A stretch of DNA of 64,000 bases, taken from positions 124,001-188,000 of the IMG/VR virus record IMGVR_UViG_3300033049_000066, one strand, 5' to 3'. Each line of letters starts with the position of its first letter. Within the stretch, counting starts at the first letter, position 1. Of the stretch, positions 9,845-19,565 are shown in pieces. The notes below the pieces were generated by a model. It worked only from the letters and a program-made list of their open reading frames with translations. It searched no databases and was not told the origin of the DNA. Position numbers and translations under genes: made by a program.

Positions 9845-10092
9845 TGCTTACATACACCACAAGCGACGGCACAGTGTTTATTTATAATTCGGATCTTTCG
9901 GAGGTGCTAATAAACGTATCCAACGACGATATCGAAGATATTAGTTACTTAACAGATGCAACAACCGCAGAACCAGTAAGCCAAGTTACCGTGTCGGGCC
10001 CAGCCCTATGCGAATTTATTGCGAATCATTTTCGTAATACAATAATTAATGATTTAGAAAACATAGACCTCGGTCAACTTTTTAAAGGATGA
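9844..10092 (+). CDS. Hypothetical protein
   Basis: Coupled ORF. Confidence 0.55.
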   Translation: MLTYTTSDGTVFIYNSDLSEVLINVSNDDIEDISYLTDATTAEPVSQVTVSGPALCEFIANHFRNTIINDLENIDLGQLFKG

Positions 10093-10375
10093 ATCATGCG
10101 TAAGATAACTTTTGCAATATTACCAACGAGGGCAGGCGGCCAACGCTACTAAAGGAGAAGGAAATGAGAACACCAGAAGAACAAAAACAGTGGGCAATGA
10201 TTGATTCTGTAGTACGGCCCTTGTCAAGTCGCATTGATCATCTTGAAAAAGAGGTGCGGCGCTTGAAGTCTGAACAGCAATCAACAAAAAGTGAGATAGC
10301 ACGGTTACGTCGAAGATGATGGGTTACTGTCGAAGCTAAAATGTACAAGTTACAAAATTTAACGAGGATAACACA

Positions 10376-10891
10376 ATGACAAGTCGCGGATATATATTTA
10401 CAGCATGTACGATCGCAATGGTTCTTTACTGGACAACCGGACTGTTCGCAGACGGCATGGTGCCGATAGCAATGATTGCGGCATTTTTATTAATGGATGC
10501 CGCAGGTAGGTTCAGGCAGGAAATGGCAGACGCGGATATCGGGGTCGACAAGGAGGATGAGCTGGATGAGCTCACTGACCGACAGAAGGAATTTAGACGA
10601 CTGCTGAAAGAAGGCAAGGAAAATCAGCAGCTGGAGCAGGCACCTGGTGAGGATGACGAGGCTGTCAGCCTGGCTGATTTTACAGCCACAATCAAAATGA
10701 TCAACCAGGATGGGGTGAGGTCGGTGATCACGATAGAACCTGATGGTGAGATCCGCATCCATGGCCATCCGGAGCCTGAGGTGATTCAGGCCATCAGTCA
10801 GTTAAAATCTACCGTGAAGCAACACGGTGCGATGGCCGTAGCTGAGGAACTAGGTAGACAAATTGACGAAATAAATCGGAGTAACAATTAA
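10376..10891 (+). CDS. Membrane protein with acidic C-terminal domain
   Basis: Two N-terminal TMs; GAGG RBS. Confidence 0.65.
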   Translation: MTSRGYIFTACTIAMVLYWTTGLFADGMVPIAMIAAFLLMDAAGRFRQEMADADIGVDKEDELDELTDRQKEFRRLLKEGKENQQLEQAPGEDDEAVSLADFTATIKMINQDGVRSVITIEPDGEIRIHGHPEPEVIQAISQLKSTVKQHGAMAVAEELGRQIDEINRSNN

Positions 10892-11264
10892 TGCATTATT
10901 GCCCGTGTTGTCGTAGTAAGCCGGATGAAAAACAACCGGTTCCGAGGGACTTAGGTTACTCAATCAGGTACCGGTGCGGTAGTCAAGTCGTTTATAAAAT
11001 TGAAGGCAAGTACTGGGAATGGGAAACAAAATGCACAGTGGAGCAGGATTCGCATGCAAAATAATATAGACATAATTTTCTTAGAGGGGCAGATGCGTGC
11101 CGTGAAGAAATTCGCTGTTGAGGCGCTAGGACAAGATTGCACAATTTCGTACTACGATGATCTCAGTTTGCTCGTCAACACCCGGCAGGATCTAGAGGAT
11201 GGTAGTAACTGTATTGGCTTCGATAATCTACTAGATATGATTGAAAAATTAGGAGACCGCAGAA

Positions 11265-12086
11265 ATGATTAAAAACGTTTTTATCAGGACCCGGCCGGGC
11301 ATCGATCCGAACATCACCGACGGCCTGTTAATTGCCGTCGGTGATTGTATTCGTGAAGCTGGACTGTATATTATCACGCAGAAAGACGAAATAGATGATA
11401 GTACGCTGGTATTATCGCTAGGTGGTGATGGCACGATGATATCGTCGATTTACTTAGCATCAAATCGTGATTCTTATGTTGCTGGTTTTAACTACGGCGA
11501 TCTTGGCTATTTAGTGCCATGCACCGCGTCGTCTACTAACGATTTAATCGCGCAATTAACGGCATTAATAACCGATGTTAATTTTCCGGATTCGACTAAG
11601 TCGACATTTAAAGTAACAAAAGTTCATTTGCCGGTCCTAACCTGGAAGAAAAATCAAGCAATAAATGATTTTTATTTTACACCAGCAGCGAACGGGACAG
11701 CGGCGGATTTTAAAATTGCAATTGGATCGGTTAATGCCGCATTTCATACAAAAAGTTCCGGCATTGTACTTTCGACACCGTTTGGATCAACAGGGCTCGC
11801 GCTTTCTGCGGGTGGACCAATACTAACACCAGACAGCAATGTTTTAGAAATTGTACCATTATTACCGCATACTCTCACCTCGCGCCCGATAATATTCCCG
11901 TACACAGAGAAAGTGGTGATTACATGGGAACGTAAGATTAACATGTTTGCTGATGGTCATCTTATTGATACATTTGGAGATGGCGAGGTTGAGATCAAGT
12001 GCACCCAAGGGAAAATTAACCTCGTGCAGCCAGTCAACTGGAACTTTGTTGAGAATCTCAAAAACAAAATGCGTTGGCATTCGTAG
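11265..12086 (+). CDS. nadK: NAD kinase
   Basis: SLGGDGT, GDLGYL, IND, STPFGSTGLALSAGGPIL, PHTLTSRP. Confidence 0.92.
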   Translation: MIKNVFIRTRPGIDPNITDGLLIAVGDCIREAGLYIITQKDEIDDSTLVLSLGGDGTMISSIYLASNRDSYVAGFNYGDLGYLVPCTASSTNDLIAQLTALITDVNFPDSTKSTFKVTKVHLPVLTWKKNQAINDFYFTPAANGTAADFKIAIGSVNAAFHTKSSGIVLSTPFGSTGLALSAGGPILTPDSNVLEIVPLLPHTLTSRPIIFPYTEKVVITWERKINMFADGHLIDTFGDGEVEIKCTQGKINLVQPVNWNFVENLKNKMRWHS

Positions 12087-12087
12087 C

Positions 12088-12187
12088 TAAGTCGTTGATT
12101 AATTCATTTGCAAATAACCGCAATTAGAGGTTGACCTTTGGCGTTATATGTCATATAATGTATATAACAGTTAGATATAGAGCAAAA
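12088..12187 (+). promoter_or_regulatory. Repeated early promoter cassette
   Basis: IHF-like box 12088; TTGACC 12131; TATAAT 12154. Confidence 0.85.
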
Positions 12188-12392
12188 TTATGAAACTAGC
12201 ACAATTGTATCGCAAGAATGTGATGAAATACGGACCAATAGTAGCAGGGACCGCTGTAACAATGATCTCTATTTTGTACTTATTTGGTCAATATGACGGT
12301 GATACATTCATCATGCTTATTGCTCTTACAACGATTATCGTTTCAACCGCAATGTTGTTTAACGAGTAACTAATTTTTCAACGGAGACTACC

Positions 12393-12701
12393 ATGAAACC
12401 AACCCTTCCAAAAAAACCCTCAGGTGCAGGCGCGATCGCAGCTACCGCAGCAATTTTAATTGTAGCGGGTGTCGCTGCTACAATGATATCATCACTACAG
12501 AACCCAGCATGTGCGACTGAAGTAGCTGATCTTACTGAATACCAGCAACATCGTGCATACGTAAACCGACAGGTTGCGGAGATTTTAACCGAGCAGTGTA
12601 ACCTAGAACTTAAAATGTTCAATGAAAATAATCAGCAAACAAACCCGAAGAATGCCATCTGTAAAGATGCATCCATTGCAATAGAACTTGCACTAAAATA
12701 A
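12393..12701 (+). CDS. Membrane-anchored hypothetical protein
   Basis: One TM; GGAG RBS. Confidence 0.6.
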   Translation: MKPTLPKKPSGAGAIAATAAILIVAGVAATMISSLQNPACATEVADLTEYQQHRAYVNRQVAEILTEQCNLELKMFNENNQQTNPKNAICKDASIAIELALK

Positions 12702-12918
12702 GTACAAAGGAAATTATGACCAACACTACAGCAACAATCACAGTATGTCGCAACACAAAATATCACACTGTAACATCAGAGTTAAGAAGTTATGTGTTGG
12801 TGTTAAACGACACAGAGCAGAAGAAACGAGGCAATATGCGAAAATTGAACGATGCTCTTAGTTGTAAGACCACTATGTCGTGTCAGTGTCCGGCGTGTAG
12901 CACAAGAGGCGAAATATT

Positions 12919-13140
12919 ATGAATTTTACGAACTTCACCATTGAAGAATTGCAACGCTTTGCTGAACATGGGACTGAGGGTGCTCTCGAAGCACTTGGGC
13001 GCCGTGCGATGACATTGACAGTGACAGGTGACGAGATTGAAAGTCCGTGCCAGGTAGAATTGGAACAGTTGCGAGCACAGATAGAGGACGAGATCCCAGA
13101 AGAATGTCCACATTGTGGTGAATATTTAGATTGGGATTGA
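12919..13140 (+). CDS. Small protein with C-terminal CPHC motif
   Basis: ORF with GAGG RBS. Confidence 0.55.
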   Translation: MNFTNFTIEELQRFAEHGTEGALEALGRRAMTLTVTGDEIESPCQVELEQLRAQIEDEIPEECPHCGEYLDWD

Positions 13141-13191
13141 ACTTGACCGCAATGCGTATTCATGCTATAATAAGCTAAACTAGAGGATGTT

Positions 13192-14190
13192 ATGAAAAAA
13201 ATTGTAAGAATGGTATTTGGTTCCCACATGTACGGATTAGATACGCCGAATTCTGATATGGACTACAAGGGTATTTACTTGCCGGACCTCGACGAGCTAT
13301 TGCTTGGTACGGCAGCGAAGAATATCAGTTTCACCACCGGCGATAACACGTCCAGGAATGGTGCTGAGGACGTCGACGAAGATTGGATGTCGTTGGGCGA
13401 GTTCATGAAGCTTGCGTTGAAGGGTGAGACTGTGGCACTGGATATGCTTCACGTGAATCCTGACTTGGTGAACGTCGAGCTTGATCCTGAATATGGTTAC
13501 ATTTGGACCGAGTTAGTTAAATTACGCCACTTGTTTTACACTAAGAATCTTAAATCTTACATGGGATACGTCAAGAAACAAGCAGCAAAGTACGGCCTCA
13601 AAGGTAGCCGCATTGCGAATATGCGCGAATCTATTAAAGTGCTTGAGCAGTTTAATGTAGAGCTACTGTTATCTGACGTATGGTACGGGCTGCCTGAGAA
13701 TGAATACGCTAAGAAGATTGAGATGCAGACAAAAACCGGCCAGACAAATCATTTCTACGAAGTGAACATGAAAAAGTATCAGGATACAAATTCTGTCGGA
13801 TATGCCCTGGAACGGATTCAAACCGCGCTGGATAGCTACGGTAATCGTGCTCTGCTAGCTGAGAAGAATGAAGGGGTTGATTGGAAAGCAGTCTCCCACG
13901 CTCTCCGTGCTGGATTTCAGTTGCGCGGCATTTTAAAGAGTGGTGGGTTTAGCTATCCACTCAAAGAAACCGAGTACCTCGCAAAAGTTAAGGCAGGTGA
14001 GCTTGATTACAAAACAGAAGTATCAAACGTGCTAGAAGCTGTAATTACGGAAATTGACGAACTTGTGTTAGTATCCGATTTACCGCAGACCGTAGATGTT
14101 AAATTTTGGAATAACTGGCTTTTGTTTGTGTACATGACTGCCCTGGCAGTACCGGACGTTAACAAATTTATGGAGGCACAAGATGAATAA
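13192..14190 (+). CDS. Phage nucleotidyltransferase (Nuc-transf-type)
   Basis: FGSHMYGLDTPNSDMDYKGIY; DWKAVSHALR. Confidence 0.85.
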   Translation: MKKIVRMVFGSHMYGLDTPNSDMDYKGIYLPDLDELLLGTAAKNISFTTGDNTSRNGAEDVDEDWMSLGEFMKLALKGETVALDMLHVNPDLVNVELDPEYGYIWTELVKLRHLFYTKNLKSYMGYVKKQAAKYGLKGSRIANMRESIKVLEQFNVELLLSDVWYGLPENEYAKKIEMQTKTGQTNHFYEVNMKKYQDTNSVGYALERIQTALDSYGNRALLAEKNEGVDWKAVSHALRAGFQLRGILKSGGFSYPLKETEYLAKVKAGELDYKTEVSNVLEAVITEIDELVLVSDLPQTVDVKFWNNWLLFVYMTALAVPDVNKFMEAQDE

Positions 14191-14674
14191 AATATACTTC
14201 GACTTAGATGGCGTTCTAGCAAACTTTGAAAAGGCGGTGGTGGAGACTGTGAAAATTCACTACTGGGATCGTAAGACAGACAAGTACTGGCACATCTTAG
14301 ACAAGGTGCCCGGCCTGTACGCTGGTCTCGAGCTTTTGCCATCGTCACTCGCTATGTTTAATTTAGTGCTAGACAAGCACGGCCCGGGAGTTGTAGAAGT
14401 GCTCACCGGGCTGCCCAAACCCACTGGATTCCTTAGCACTGCTGCTAATGACAAGAAAAATTGGGTTCACGCAATGGTCAACGCAAACGTACAGACCAAC
14501 GTCACAAACGGAGGTCGTTACAAGTACAAATATCTTGAGGAGAACCCAGGCGCGCTTTTAATTGACGATTACGATCGAAATATTAAATTATGGATTGAGC
14601 ATGGTGGCATTGGCATACTGCATACCGACCCGGCTTCGACCATTGAAAAACTAAAATTATTAAAACTATTATGA
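14183..14674 (+). CDS. HAD 5'(3')-deoxyribonucleotidase-like protein
   Basis: FDLDGVLANF ... LIDD..NI..W...GG.GILH. Confidence 0.85.
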   Translation: MNKIYFDLDGVLANFEKAVVETVKIHYWDRKTDKYWHILDKVPGLYAGLELLPSSLAMFNLVLDKHGPGVVEVLTGLPKPTGFLSTAANDKKNWVHAMVNANVQTNVTNGGRYKYKYLEENPGALLIDDYDRNIKLWIEHGGIGILHTDPASTIEKLKLLKLL

Positions 14675-14973
14675 TAATTAAATTATTTAAGAAAATTTTT
14701 GTTGATGTTACGTATCAAGTTATTGAGCAAAAAACCAAGCCCCAAGCATCATTTACACCACAGCACAGGAAGGGACTTGGCGCATGGCAGAATGTTGTAG
14801 TAGACGGATATCTTACAATACCTGAAAGATTCTATACACTTGAAGAGGCAAACAAATTTTTATTTAAATTTCAACAGAAGAAAGCAAAAGTGATGGAACC
14901 AGTAGAAATAGCGCATCCATTTGATGCTGTTTTTTATAAACTCAGCAATACTAAAACGAAAAAGGATAGATAA
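14671..14973 (+). CDS. Hypothetical protein
   Basis: Coupled ORF. Confidence 0.55.
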   Translation: MIIKLFKKIFVDVTYQVIEQKTKPQASFTPQHRKGLGAWQNVVVDGYLTIPERFYTLEEANKFLFKFQQKKAKVMEPVEIAHPFDAVFYKLSNTKTKKDR

Positions 14974-14974
14974 T

Positions 14975-15247
14975 ATGAAAATGTTTAGAGATATAGACGA
15001 GAATCAATATTGGCTAACGGTGTGGAGTCTATTGGCGGCAGTTTTTATAACCTTCGTGACGATGATCGCCATTAGTGCATATACCGAAGATCGCATGAAA
15101 CACGACTTAGTTGCGAAGGGACACGATCCGATCGCACTTGCTTGTTTATTCAATTCCGACATATCAAGTGTAGCAGGTCCGTGTCTGTTACTTTCGCAAG
15201 CCATTGCAAAATCAATCGAAGCAGAGATGCAAAATGATACTAAGTAA
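14975..15247 (+). CDS. Small membrane protein
   Basis: One TM; start moved to MKMFRD. Confidence 0.55.
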   Translation: MKMFRDIDENQYWLTVWSLLAAVFITFVTMIAISAYTEDRMKHDLVAKGHDPIALACLFNSDISSVAGPCLLLSQAIAKSIEAEMQNDTK

Positions 15248-15494
15248 AACGAATACCCCAAGACAATTTATGCCGATATGGTATGTGAGTGTTTTTAATT
15301 TAGTAATCATGCTTATAAATGTGACATTGTGGCATTTTAGTGGTAGTACAATCTCACTGGTGGTTGGCATATTTGCGCTCACTGCTGCGATAACTGGATT
15401 AATGATAATAAAACATAATGCGCGGAAAATGATATGGGCGGCGCTAGCGAATACTGATGGCAATGCTGCTGTGAAGTGGGAGAACGATAAATGA
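15234..15494 (+). CDS. Small two-TM membrane protein
   Basis: Hydrophobic ORF. Confidence 0.5.
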   Translation: MILSKTNTPRQFMPIWYVSVFNLVIMLINVTLWHFSGSTISLVVGIFALTAAITGLMIIKHNARKMIWAALANTDGNAAVKWENDK

Positions 15495-15600
15495 TTATAT
15501 TATTTATTGTGCTGGCGGTGATAACGGTGGTTGCGTTCACAGTCGGCTTGATCCGGCATCGTAGAAGGTTGCGAATTTTATGCGGCGAGGACGAACCCAA

Positions 15601-15867
15601 ATGACAGCTGACGGAATACTTGAACGCATTGAAAAATTAAAAGAAATGTGCGATGTGCAATGCACTGATGGCACTTGGAATCACGACGCTTATTTACACG
15701 GGATGGCTAACGGAATAATTTTTGCTTTATCTGTACTAACTGATGATGATGATCCAGACTTTTTAACGCTAACTGGAATTTACCTAAATGACTACAAAAT
15801 GGTTGACAAATTTAATAATTCATGTATAATAGTAAATAAGAGTAGAGATGACAATGAAACAGATTAA
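15601..15867 (+). CDS. Hypothetical protein
   Basis: GTWNHDAYLHGMANGI; GAGG RBS. Confidence 0.65.
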   Translation: MTADGILERIEKLKEMCDVQCTDGTWNHDAYLHGMANGIIFALSVLTDDDDPDFLTLTGIYLNDYKMVDKFNNSCIIVNKSRDDNETD

Positions 15868-16336
15868 AATTTCAATCCCAGAAAAACGTGATCTACAGCG
15901 TTGGCGGGACATTGTGTGGTTTAAAATCAGTGGTGGATTTTCCTGTGATTGCGGAACTAAATCACAATTTAGTCATGCAAAATTTGAATCTTCAATATAC
16001 AATAAACGATTTATGTTTATGAATAACACCAAAAATGTATGCCCAGCTTGTACGCAAAAAGAATTTAACAAGAAAGCAACACTTGTATTCGATGAAAGTA
16101 ATTGCAAATGTGATTGGTGCGACGAAACAAAATCAACAATGTCAATGCCAAGACCCAAACATGTTAAAAGTGTAGTACACTTTGGCAGCAACTGGTGGAA
16201 TGGTCATCACATCTGCCAAGATTGTTTCAATCTTGCAATTGAAGGCCGAGGCCCAATACATAGCTCACGGACCAAGTACATAGACAAAGTCGAGTACAAT
16301 TTAAATGAATTAGGATTATGGATTAAAATGAAATGA
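15848..16336 (+). CDS. Cys-rich zinc-binding protein
   Basis: Several CxxC/CxC motifs. Confidence 0.65.
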   Translation: MTMKQIKISIPEKRDLQRWRDIVWFKISGGFSCDCGTKSQFSHAKFESSIYNKRFMFMNNTKNVCPACTQKEFNKKATLVFDESNCKCDWCDETKSTMSMPRPKHVKSVVHFGSNWWNGHHICQDCFNLAIEGRGPIHSSRTKYIDKVEYNLNELGLWIKMK

Positions 16337-16929
16337 GTCAATCAATAATATTCGTGGATGTGGATGGGCCACTTCTTCCTCGGAAAATGCACATGTTCCA
16401 TCAGAATCGGAAAACCGGCAAGGAGAACCATCCACAGTTTGATGAATTTGGAATCCGGGCGTTCAATCTGTGGGCAAAATACAGCCAGGCGAAAATTGTG
16501 CTCAGCACCGCGTGGTCGTGGGCGTACAGCACAGACGAACTTAAAGAAATTATGCTCGCGAATGGGCTCGGCTTTGATTACCATACTGAGATTTTAACCC
16601 CGAAGAAACAGACCAGCTCTCGGTCGAATGAAATTGTGTGGTGGCTACACGACAATGCCGAGCACGGTGATAAATTTATTGCGGTTGACGATGATACTAG
16701 CTGTCAGGATATTGCTGAGCTGCTAGAAAGTAATATCCGCCCTAGTCCGGCCAAAGGAGCATGGATACAGGTTGATTACGACAATGGTATGAGCTGGGAT
16801 AACTTTTTGGATGGTTGTGAAGTTCTTGGCATTGACTTGGATGAAATATACGAAAAAGAGTTTGGCATTAAGAAGCCTACTGAGAAGCAGAAAGCATTGA
16901 GGCACACCTACTTGGAATCATTGATATGA
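16333..16929 (+). CDS. HAD-domain protein (RNA-repair-associated HAD type)
   Basis: FVDVDGPL, IVLSTAW, RSNEI..WL, FIAVDD. Confidence 0.8.
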   Translation: MSQSIIFVDVDGPLLPRKMHMFHQNRKTGKENHPQFDEFGIRAFNLWAKYSQAKIVLSTAWSWAYSTDELKEIMLANGLGFDYHTEILTPKKQTSSRSNEIVWWLHDNAEHGDKFIAVDDDTSCQDIAELLESNIRPSPAKGAWIQVDYDNGMSWDNFLDGCEVLGIDLDEIYEKEFGIKKPTEKQKALRHTYLESLI

Positions 16930-17696
16930 AAATACTGCCATACGGCTGGGAAATAAGACGTTGGATTACAAAAAAGCTATTTCCTGATCATCCGGCAGCC
17001 GCTTCCTTAGAGGAATGGGCTGCCCGGCATAAGAAAGATCGCGAAGATCACCCATTTCGGTACTGGATAGATAATGAATTTGTAGGATTCTTTACGCTAA
17101 ATGCGATGCGACTAAGCGATGTTAAATACTGGTTCTTGTACAGACTTCATCCCCAGCACATGCATCATTTGGTTAACACCGGATTAGATTATGGATATTA
17201 TGATAACGACACTATCATATTACATGCAAATTTTAATATTTTAAAGAGATTTGTTGAGATTGAGAAGTCGCACTTACAGCACGTTTTCAATAATGAGCCG
17301 AGCAGTACACCCGCAAGTGCCGGATTAAAATATCTAGACTGGGAATGTGGGCTGCGGTACAGTGAAACAGATGGGCTAGACGCAGATGACATTCGCATTG
17401 GCGAGTTAACACAGCAAGCAATAAATGCTCAAGAAATTAAAGAATTGTACATTTGGTGGACTGAAATTAGACCAAATCGACCGAATCCGTACCTGCTTGG
17501 CGAAGAACGTGAGTCTATAGATATTGTCAGTGATAACAGAAGCGTCATGGAAATAATGGCAGATCGCACACCGGAACAAAAAGAAACATCGCAGAAGCTT
17601 TTTGAAAAACAAGAGCAATTAAAAGACTTACAACACAACGAAGATACTGATATGCTTTGCAGACTTGTTCGTATACGGAAAGCAATGTGGGCATAA
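16926..17696 (+). CDS. Hypothetical phage protein
   Basis: Long coupled ORF ending RIRKAMWA. Confidence 0.75.
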   Translation: MKILPYGWEIRRWITKKLFPDHPAAASLEEWAARHKKDREDHPFRYWIDNEFVGFFTLNAMRLSDVKYWFLYRLHPQHMHHLVNTGLDYGYYDNDTIILHANFNILKRFVEIEKSHLQHVFNNEPSSTPASAGLKYLDWECGLRYSETDGLDADDIRIGELTQQAINAQEIKELYIWWTEIRPNRPNPYLLGEERESIDIVSDNRSVMEIMADRTPEQKETSQKLFEKQEQLKDLQHNEDTDMLCRLVRIRKAMWA

Positions 17697-17882
17697 GTTA
17701 TTTTTGGTTTCCGCACTAATTGGATAAATAAAACAAACGCTATTACAGTAATATCGAGTTGACAATAGAAAAAATGAAGTTACAATAACCAACTGTATAT
17801 AGTAGTAAGGCAACGCTGTTTTAGCGAATTGCGTTACAAAACAACAAGTTAACATTATTTCACGGAAATGTGCAATTAGAGG

Positions 17883-17999
17883 TTGACATTACTTGTAAAT
17901 GATTATATAATGTATGCAAGTTAAATAAAAGACGTTTACAAATTAATTTTAAATTAACTGTAAATAGAGGTTGACAGCGCTTACAAATCATTATATAAT
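17883..17999 (+). promoter_or_regulatory. Two tandem consensus sigma70 promoters heading the RNA island
   Basis: TTGACA-17-TATAAT at 17883-17911 and 17971-17999. Confidence 0.85.
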
Positions 18000-18026
18000 G
18001 TATGTAAGTTAAAACAGAGATACAAA

Positions 18027-18185
18027 ATGAGACAATTACATCTAATACAATTTAAACAATCGATAGCACTCATGCTAGGATGTATCTCACCCATTACGTC
18101 TTGGACACCGAGTTTCACATTAGCCACAGAGGCGAATAATGAACGAGGTTATGATGCTAACAGGGTTCTTGGAGCAAGTATGTAG
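18027..18185 (+). CDS. Putative 52-aa leader peptide
   Basis: MRQLHLIQFK...RVLGASM*; its 3' end overlaps the antiterminator strand. Confidence 0.5.
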   Translation: MRQLHLIQFKQSIALMLGCISPITSWTPSFTLATEANNERGYDANRVLGASM

Positions 18186-18210
18186 AAATTTAACATACTA
18201 AAAGTTTTAC

Positions 18211-18246
18211 AAGAACCCACAAACCGAAAGGAACGTGGGTTTTTTT
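18211..18246 (+). terminator. Intrinsic terminator with alternative antiterminator
   Basis: AACCCAC...GTGGGTT + U-tract; GGGTTCTTG(18163) can pair with CAAGAACCC(18210). Confidence 0.75.
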
Positions 18247-18249
18247 ATG

Positions 18250-18673
18250 AAATAAGTAAAAAAGAGGTTGACTTTAACTGTTATATGTCATATAATGTAT
18301 ATAACAGTTAGGAAACAAGCAAAAGATACAGATTAATTGTAAAATAAGTAAAAAAGAGGTTGACTTTAACTGTTATATGTCATATAATGTATATAACAGT
18401 TAGGAAACAAGCAAAAGATATTAGAAGTTAGGACTGTTTTTTATAATGTAGCTCAATGGTAGAGCTAGTGCAGATAGGTAATGTGGATTCTAGATTAAGC
18501 ATTATTGATAAACACGATCCGTACAACGGATGATCCTTGTTCGAATCAAGGCATTATAAAAAACAAGCTTAGCAGTTAGATAAAGATTAATTGTAAAATA
18601 AATGAAAAAGAGGTTGACTTTAACTGTTATATGTCATATAATGTATATAACAGTTAGGAAACAAGCAAAAGAT
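18250..18673 (+). repeat. Three copies of an ~80-bp direct repeat, each a promoter
   Basis: GAGGTTGACTTTAACTGTTATATGTCATATAATGTATATAACAGTTAGGAAACAAGCAAAAGAT with -35 at 18268, 18360, 18614. Confidence 0.9.
18435..18565 (+). ncRNA. tRNA-like RNA with extended acceptor and anticodon arms
   Basis: D arm TAGCTCAATGGTAGAGC, T arm CCTTG-TTCGAAT-CAAGG, 14-bp closing stem. Confidence 0.65.
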
Positions 18674-18869
18674 TTTCAAAGACGGTATATAATTTAAGAG
18701 CAAGCGGTGTAAATCCCCCTCACTTTATATAGCAACTCCGCCTAGAGATAAACACTAGATAAGCGGCCAGGCACGTGGGTATGAGGCTTAACAGTCATCC
18801 ACTAGAAAGGAACACAGGGTTGGTTTGTGAATACATAGCAAACCTCTTCATCCTGAATTGTTTTTGAAA
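18674..18869 (+). ncRNA. Candidate ~195-nt structured ncRNA
   Basis: 13-bp closing stem with G-U pairs; internal hairpins; no ORF. Confidence 0.45.
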
Positions 18870-18922
18870 TAAAAAGAAGTAACTGAACGGCCCGGTTACA
18901 AATAATAGGCCTAACAAATTTT

Positions 18923-18996
18923 ATCCCGGTAGTTTAATGGTAGAACACCAGGCTTTCAACTTGGTAACAGGGGATCGATACCCCTTCGGGATACCA
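18923..18996 (+). tRNA. tRNA-Glu(TTC)
   Basis: Cloverleaf; CCAGG-ctTTCaa-CTTGG; CCA. Confidence 0.9.
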
Positions 18997-19168
18997 AACA
19001 GTTGGACATACACATATTAGTCCCCGGGGAGAACTCGGCAAGACTTTATGTGCTTAACCGACACTGTTAGGAAGAATCTTCCTAACAGTTTAATTCGCTT
19101 TACTCAGTAAAGCACAAAGAACGGAAGCATCGGACATTACGTGCCGTGTAAGTCTTAACGAATTTTAA

Positions 19169-19242
19169 CAGGGTGTGGGAAACCGGTAATCCGTGTGTCT
19201 TGGACACTCAAGAAGCGAGTTCGACTCTCGCCACCCTGACCA
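19169..19242 (+). tRNA. tRNA-Pro(TGG)
   Basis: CAGGGTG/CACCCTG acceptor; ctTGGac; CCA. Confidence 0.85.
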
Positions 19243-19247
19243 ATTTA

Positions 19248-19313
19248 AAAGTGTACTTAAAGTGTACTTAAAGTGTACTTAAAGTGTACTTAAAGTGTAC
19301 TTAAAGTGTACTT
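19248..19313. repeat. 11-bp tandem repeat (AAAGTGTACTT)x6
   Basis: Six perfect copies. Confidence 0.95.
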
Positions 19314-19456
19314 TTAAGGATGTTGTACCGCAGCTTCTAGCTGCAACGTTAGATGTCATAATGCGATTAGTCATTGCGTGAACCCGCCTAACGACGCGAA
19401 CGGAGATCGACTCCCGTTTTTGATGAAATTGCAAACGCATCCTTAAAAGTACATTT
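19304..19456 (+). ncRNA. Candidate multi-hairpin ncRNA closed by a 19-bp stem
   Basis: AAGTGTACTTTTAAGGATG / CATCCTTAAAAGTACATTT; internal GCAGC/GCTGC and CGTTAG/CTAACG. Confidence 0.6.
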
Positions 19457-19465
19457 ATTAAATAT

Positions 19466-19551
19466 AGAAGTGTAGGAAAATTGGTAACCCCGGTAGGCTT
19501 TGAACCTGCTTTCTTCGGATATTGAGAGTTCGAGTCTCTCCACTTCTGCCA
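19466..19551 (+). tRNA. tRNA-Gln(TTG) with long variable arm
   Basis: AGAAGTG/CACTTCT; ctTTGaa; CCA. Confidence 0.8.
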
Positions 19552-19565
19552 ATTTAAAAAAATAC

